A stretch of 64,000 nucleotides of DNA from contig NW_003314292.1 in the NCBI RefSeq assembly GCF_000143415.4, forward strand, positions 1,061,498-1,125,497. The letters run 5' to 3'. Positions 61,700-64,000 of the stretch are shown here, one piece after another. Under the pieces are notes generated by a model, which saw nothing but the letters and a program-made list of their open reading frames with translations, did no database searches and was not told the DNA's origin. Position numbers and translations under genes: made by a program. The DNA is from Selaginella moellendorffii. Its lineage: Eukaryota > Plantae > Lycopodiophyta. Positions within the stretch are counted from its first letter, which is position 1; the number at the start of each line of letters is the position of its first letter.

Positions 61700-62655
61700 A
61701 AATCTATCTGTAACTTTCCTCAACATTGTGCCTGAAGTTTTTGGATCTCCCAGAAAAGCCCGTCCTGTAGAAAGGCTCGAGCAACAGGCAATTACCTCAG
61801 AGGGCGTCTGCGAGTTGACATTAATCAAAACGTATTGCTAGTTTTTGGTTCTTGTAACATTGACAAAGTTCTTTGGATTGTTGTCGTGATAAATTAGAAA
61901 CAAAACAGTTATTCTAGAAGAAAGTTTAACTAGAAACCTGAGGTCAATGTGCTGAATAACTACAAGTGTAGTAGAGATATTCTCCACCACTCCACACTTA
62001 TTACACCATCGGTTTTGTGTTCCAGGAGGAGGCTATTGGTCTCCAAGTCTTTGATAAACAATGTGAAAATCTCATTGCCACCCAAGTCGATTGTGTATGC
62101 TAACAGTTTGTGGTCTCTGGATAGCTTGAAAACACCAAGCTACGCATGGCCTACACTTGTGTAATTAGGAAGAAGAGAGAAACAAAACAAGAAAAGATCC
62201 TCAAAACTTTACTGTGCTTTGCAGCATCACTTCACTCTGCTTCTTGTCGAAAAAACTTGTCAAGAAAGCCTTCAGCCTTCCACCTTTGCGGGCTCTTTGT
62301 CTTGAGTAGATGGGAAACTCTTTCCCATCTGCACGAAATAGTTCTTACATTGTCACTAAGCTTTTCGTCTAAGCCAAAAACTAAAAATTAAAACGAGGAA
62401 GAACTCACCAATCCCCCCAGCGCTCTGGCAGCGACGCGAGCTCCTTCTCCATCCTACTCGCCATTTCCTGGCGGATCTGGCGCTGCAGCTCCCTTGTCCC
62501 AGCCATGGTCGATTGCGCGTGCTGATTCGTCCGCAGCCAGTGGCAGGGATCGTCCCATCTCACGCCGTGGCGCGTCTTGGGGAACGACGCCGCAGGATCG
62601 AATTGCCGCAATGCGCGATCTGGAAGAGAAGAGAGCGCGCGAGAGCGGCAAAGGG
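61700..62655 (-). pseudogene. Oligopeptidase B 5' pseudogene fragment
   Basis: Matches ~58420-59515, with deletions and stops. Confidence 0.9.
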
Positions 62656-62711
62656 CCGACCCTGCTTGGCAAGCATATTCCTGGAACCTTTCAAGCTCGC
62701 AAAATGGCGGG

Positions 62712-64000
62712 ATGCTTAGAACCCGTCCTAAGGCGCAGTGGCTTTCTTCTTGCCTGCGCGAGCAGATGGGAGCGTCACAGTTGCCGGTAGACTCGTGCGC
62801 CGAGAAATGCTTTGCGCAGCTCCTCGCTGCCGATTTCAATCTCGTCACCGATGCTGTGCTTCCTCCAGGGATCCAGGCGATGCACAAAGTGGAGCTAGCG
62901 GGCCCATTCGTTCTACAAGTAAGTGAAAGTTTTTCTATATTTCTTTTTATCGATGGGAGCATGGCACACAGGTAGATGAAACGGTGGACATTTGCTGCGG
63001 CCTCAAGGATCGCTACCAGGAAAGAAATGCTGGAATTGGAAGTCGATGCTTGAAGCTATCCATGACTGACGGTGCTCAACGAGTTTTTGGCATTGAGTAT
63101 CGTCCTATCCCACAGCTCAAAGTGTTACAACCAGCTGGTTTGAAGGTACGCGTTCAAGAAATCCTTTCAAGTCTTTTCCTTGATTTTTCTTTCTCCCAAC
63201 CGCAGATTTGCGTAAGGAATGTCTGCATTCGGAGAGGGATGTTTCTTCTCGTCCCAGAAATTGTTACTGTTCTAGGAGGTGTTGTCCAAGAGCTTGAAGA
63301 GGCTCGACAGAGAGTGGTAAATCAAGTAAACAAACCTCCTCGGGGAAACAGGTAAAGTTTTCTTCTTCGTGTACTAGTTAAGGATATTTGCAGGCACCCG
63401 CGTGGTACTACTCCACCATCGTTGGAAGAGCAACTTACACAAGCTGCCTGGCCCCGAACTCCTGACGTCCAAGAAAACAATGGCGCTGCAGCCAATCCTG
63501 GAAGTGAGCAGCAACCTTCTTCGACTGTTCGTGATCATCCAGTGACTGTGTTTGCTTTCTTTCTTTCGTTCTTCTATCCTTGTATTTTGATTTTCTGTCT
63601 CTACTTTTTTGTCTTCAGGAAGGCAAGCACCTGTTTCTATAGAAGATTTTTCTCGCGGTTCATATTCCTACAGTGAACAAACACCAAGTAAATACAAAGA
63701 AGGCCTTTCAGGTTTTCTCTCCATGCCTAATTCTTTTGATGTTCACCTCCAGGACAGGACGAAACTATGCATCGGACCTCGTCTGGCACACCTTCCGAGA
63801 CTTCTATCGGCTAGGGAACTTCGTGTATTTGTATGCTTTCCCTCCAATCCAATGAAACCAGGAGTAGAAGACAACTGCACAGTAAGTTTTATGATCTTCA
63901 GATTTTCGTGACATATGTCTGTCCATTTTTCAGCCGCAGACAGCCTGGAGTCCCCTCCCTTTACGTATCTGGCGGTTCTACAGAGGCGGTTTATGGAGTC
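62712..64000 (+). pseudogene. RMI1: RMI1 duplicate (original start and one splice donor deleted; runs off the window)
   Basis: Near-identical to 42404-43700 inverted; alternative in-frame ATG at 62712; intron donor deleted at ~63541. Confidence 0.8.

Larger units (their letters stand above)
60303..64000. repeat. Right arm of inverted segmental duplication (runs off the window)
   Basis: Reverse complement of 42404-46142. Confidence 0.92.

Overview
Eukaryotic plant nuclear DNA with gene-dense islands, very short introns (mostly ~45-80 nt) and PLS-type PPR motifs. This style suggests a lycophyte such as Selaginella (inference only). 1-10.6 kb: a chromodomain-bearing Ty3/Gypsy LTR retrotransposon (minus strand) nested inside an opposite-strand copy of the same family. 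Both copies carry two short spliceosomal-type introns inside the integrase and a structured 3' region with tRNA T-loop-like hairpins. 10.6-28 kb: mostly AT-rich decayed sequence, with a CHD3/PICKLE fragment, a PPR gene, a divergent heme-oxygenase-like gene, another LTR next to an N-gap, and an orphan gene. 28.8-40.4 kb: 6-phosphogluconolactonase, a non-canonical macrodomain gene head-to-head with organellar RadA/Sms, two unresolved loci and a nicotinamidase. 41.8-64 kb: a rearranged block whose inverted arms (42.4-46.1 kb and 60.3-64 kb) carry RMI1, oligopeptidase B and an intronless kinase, with reciprocal gene loss between copies. Between the arms lie an ABCC transporter, an nsLTP, an F-box pseudogene, a transposon-derived coiled-coil gene and three copies of a signal-peptide-bearing, highly divergent PEBP (FT/MFT-fold) gene. 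Top leads: the intron-interrupted integrase and the apparently secreted PEBP-like protein. All alignments and gene models were done by eye.
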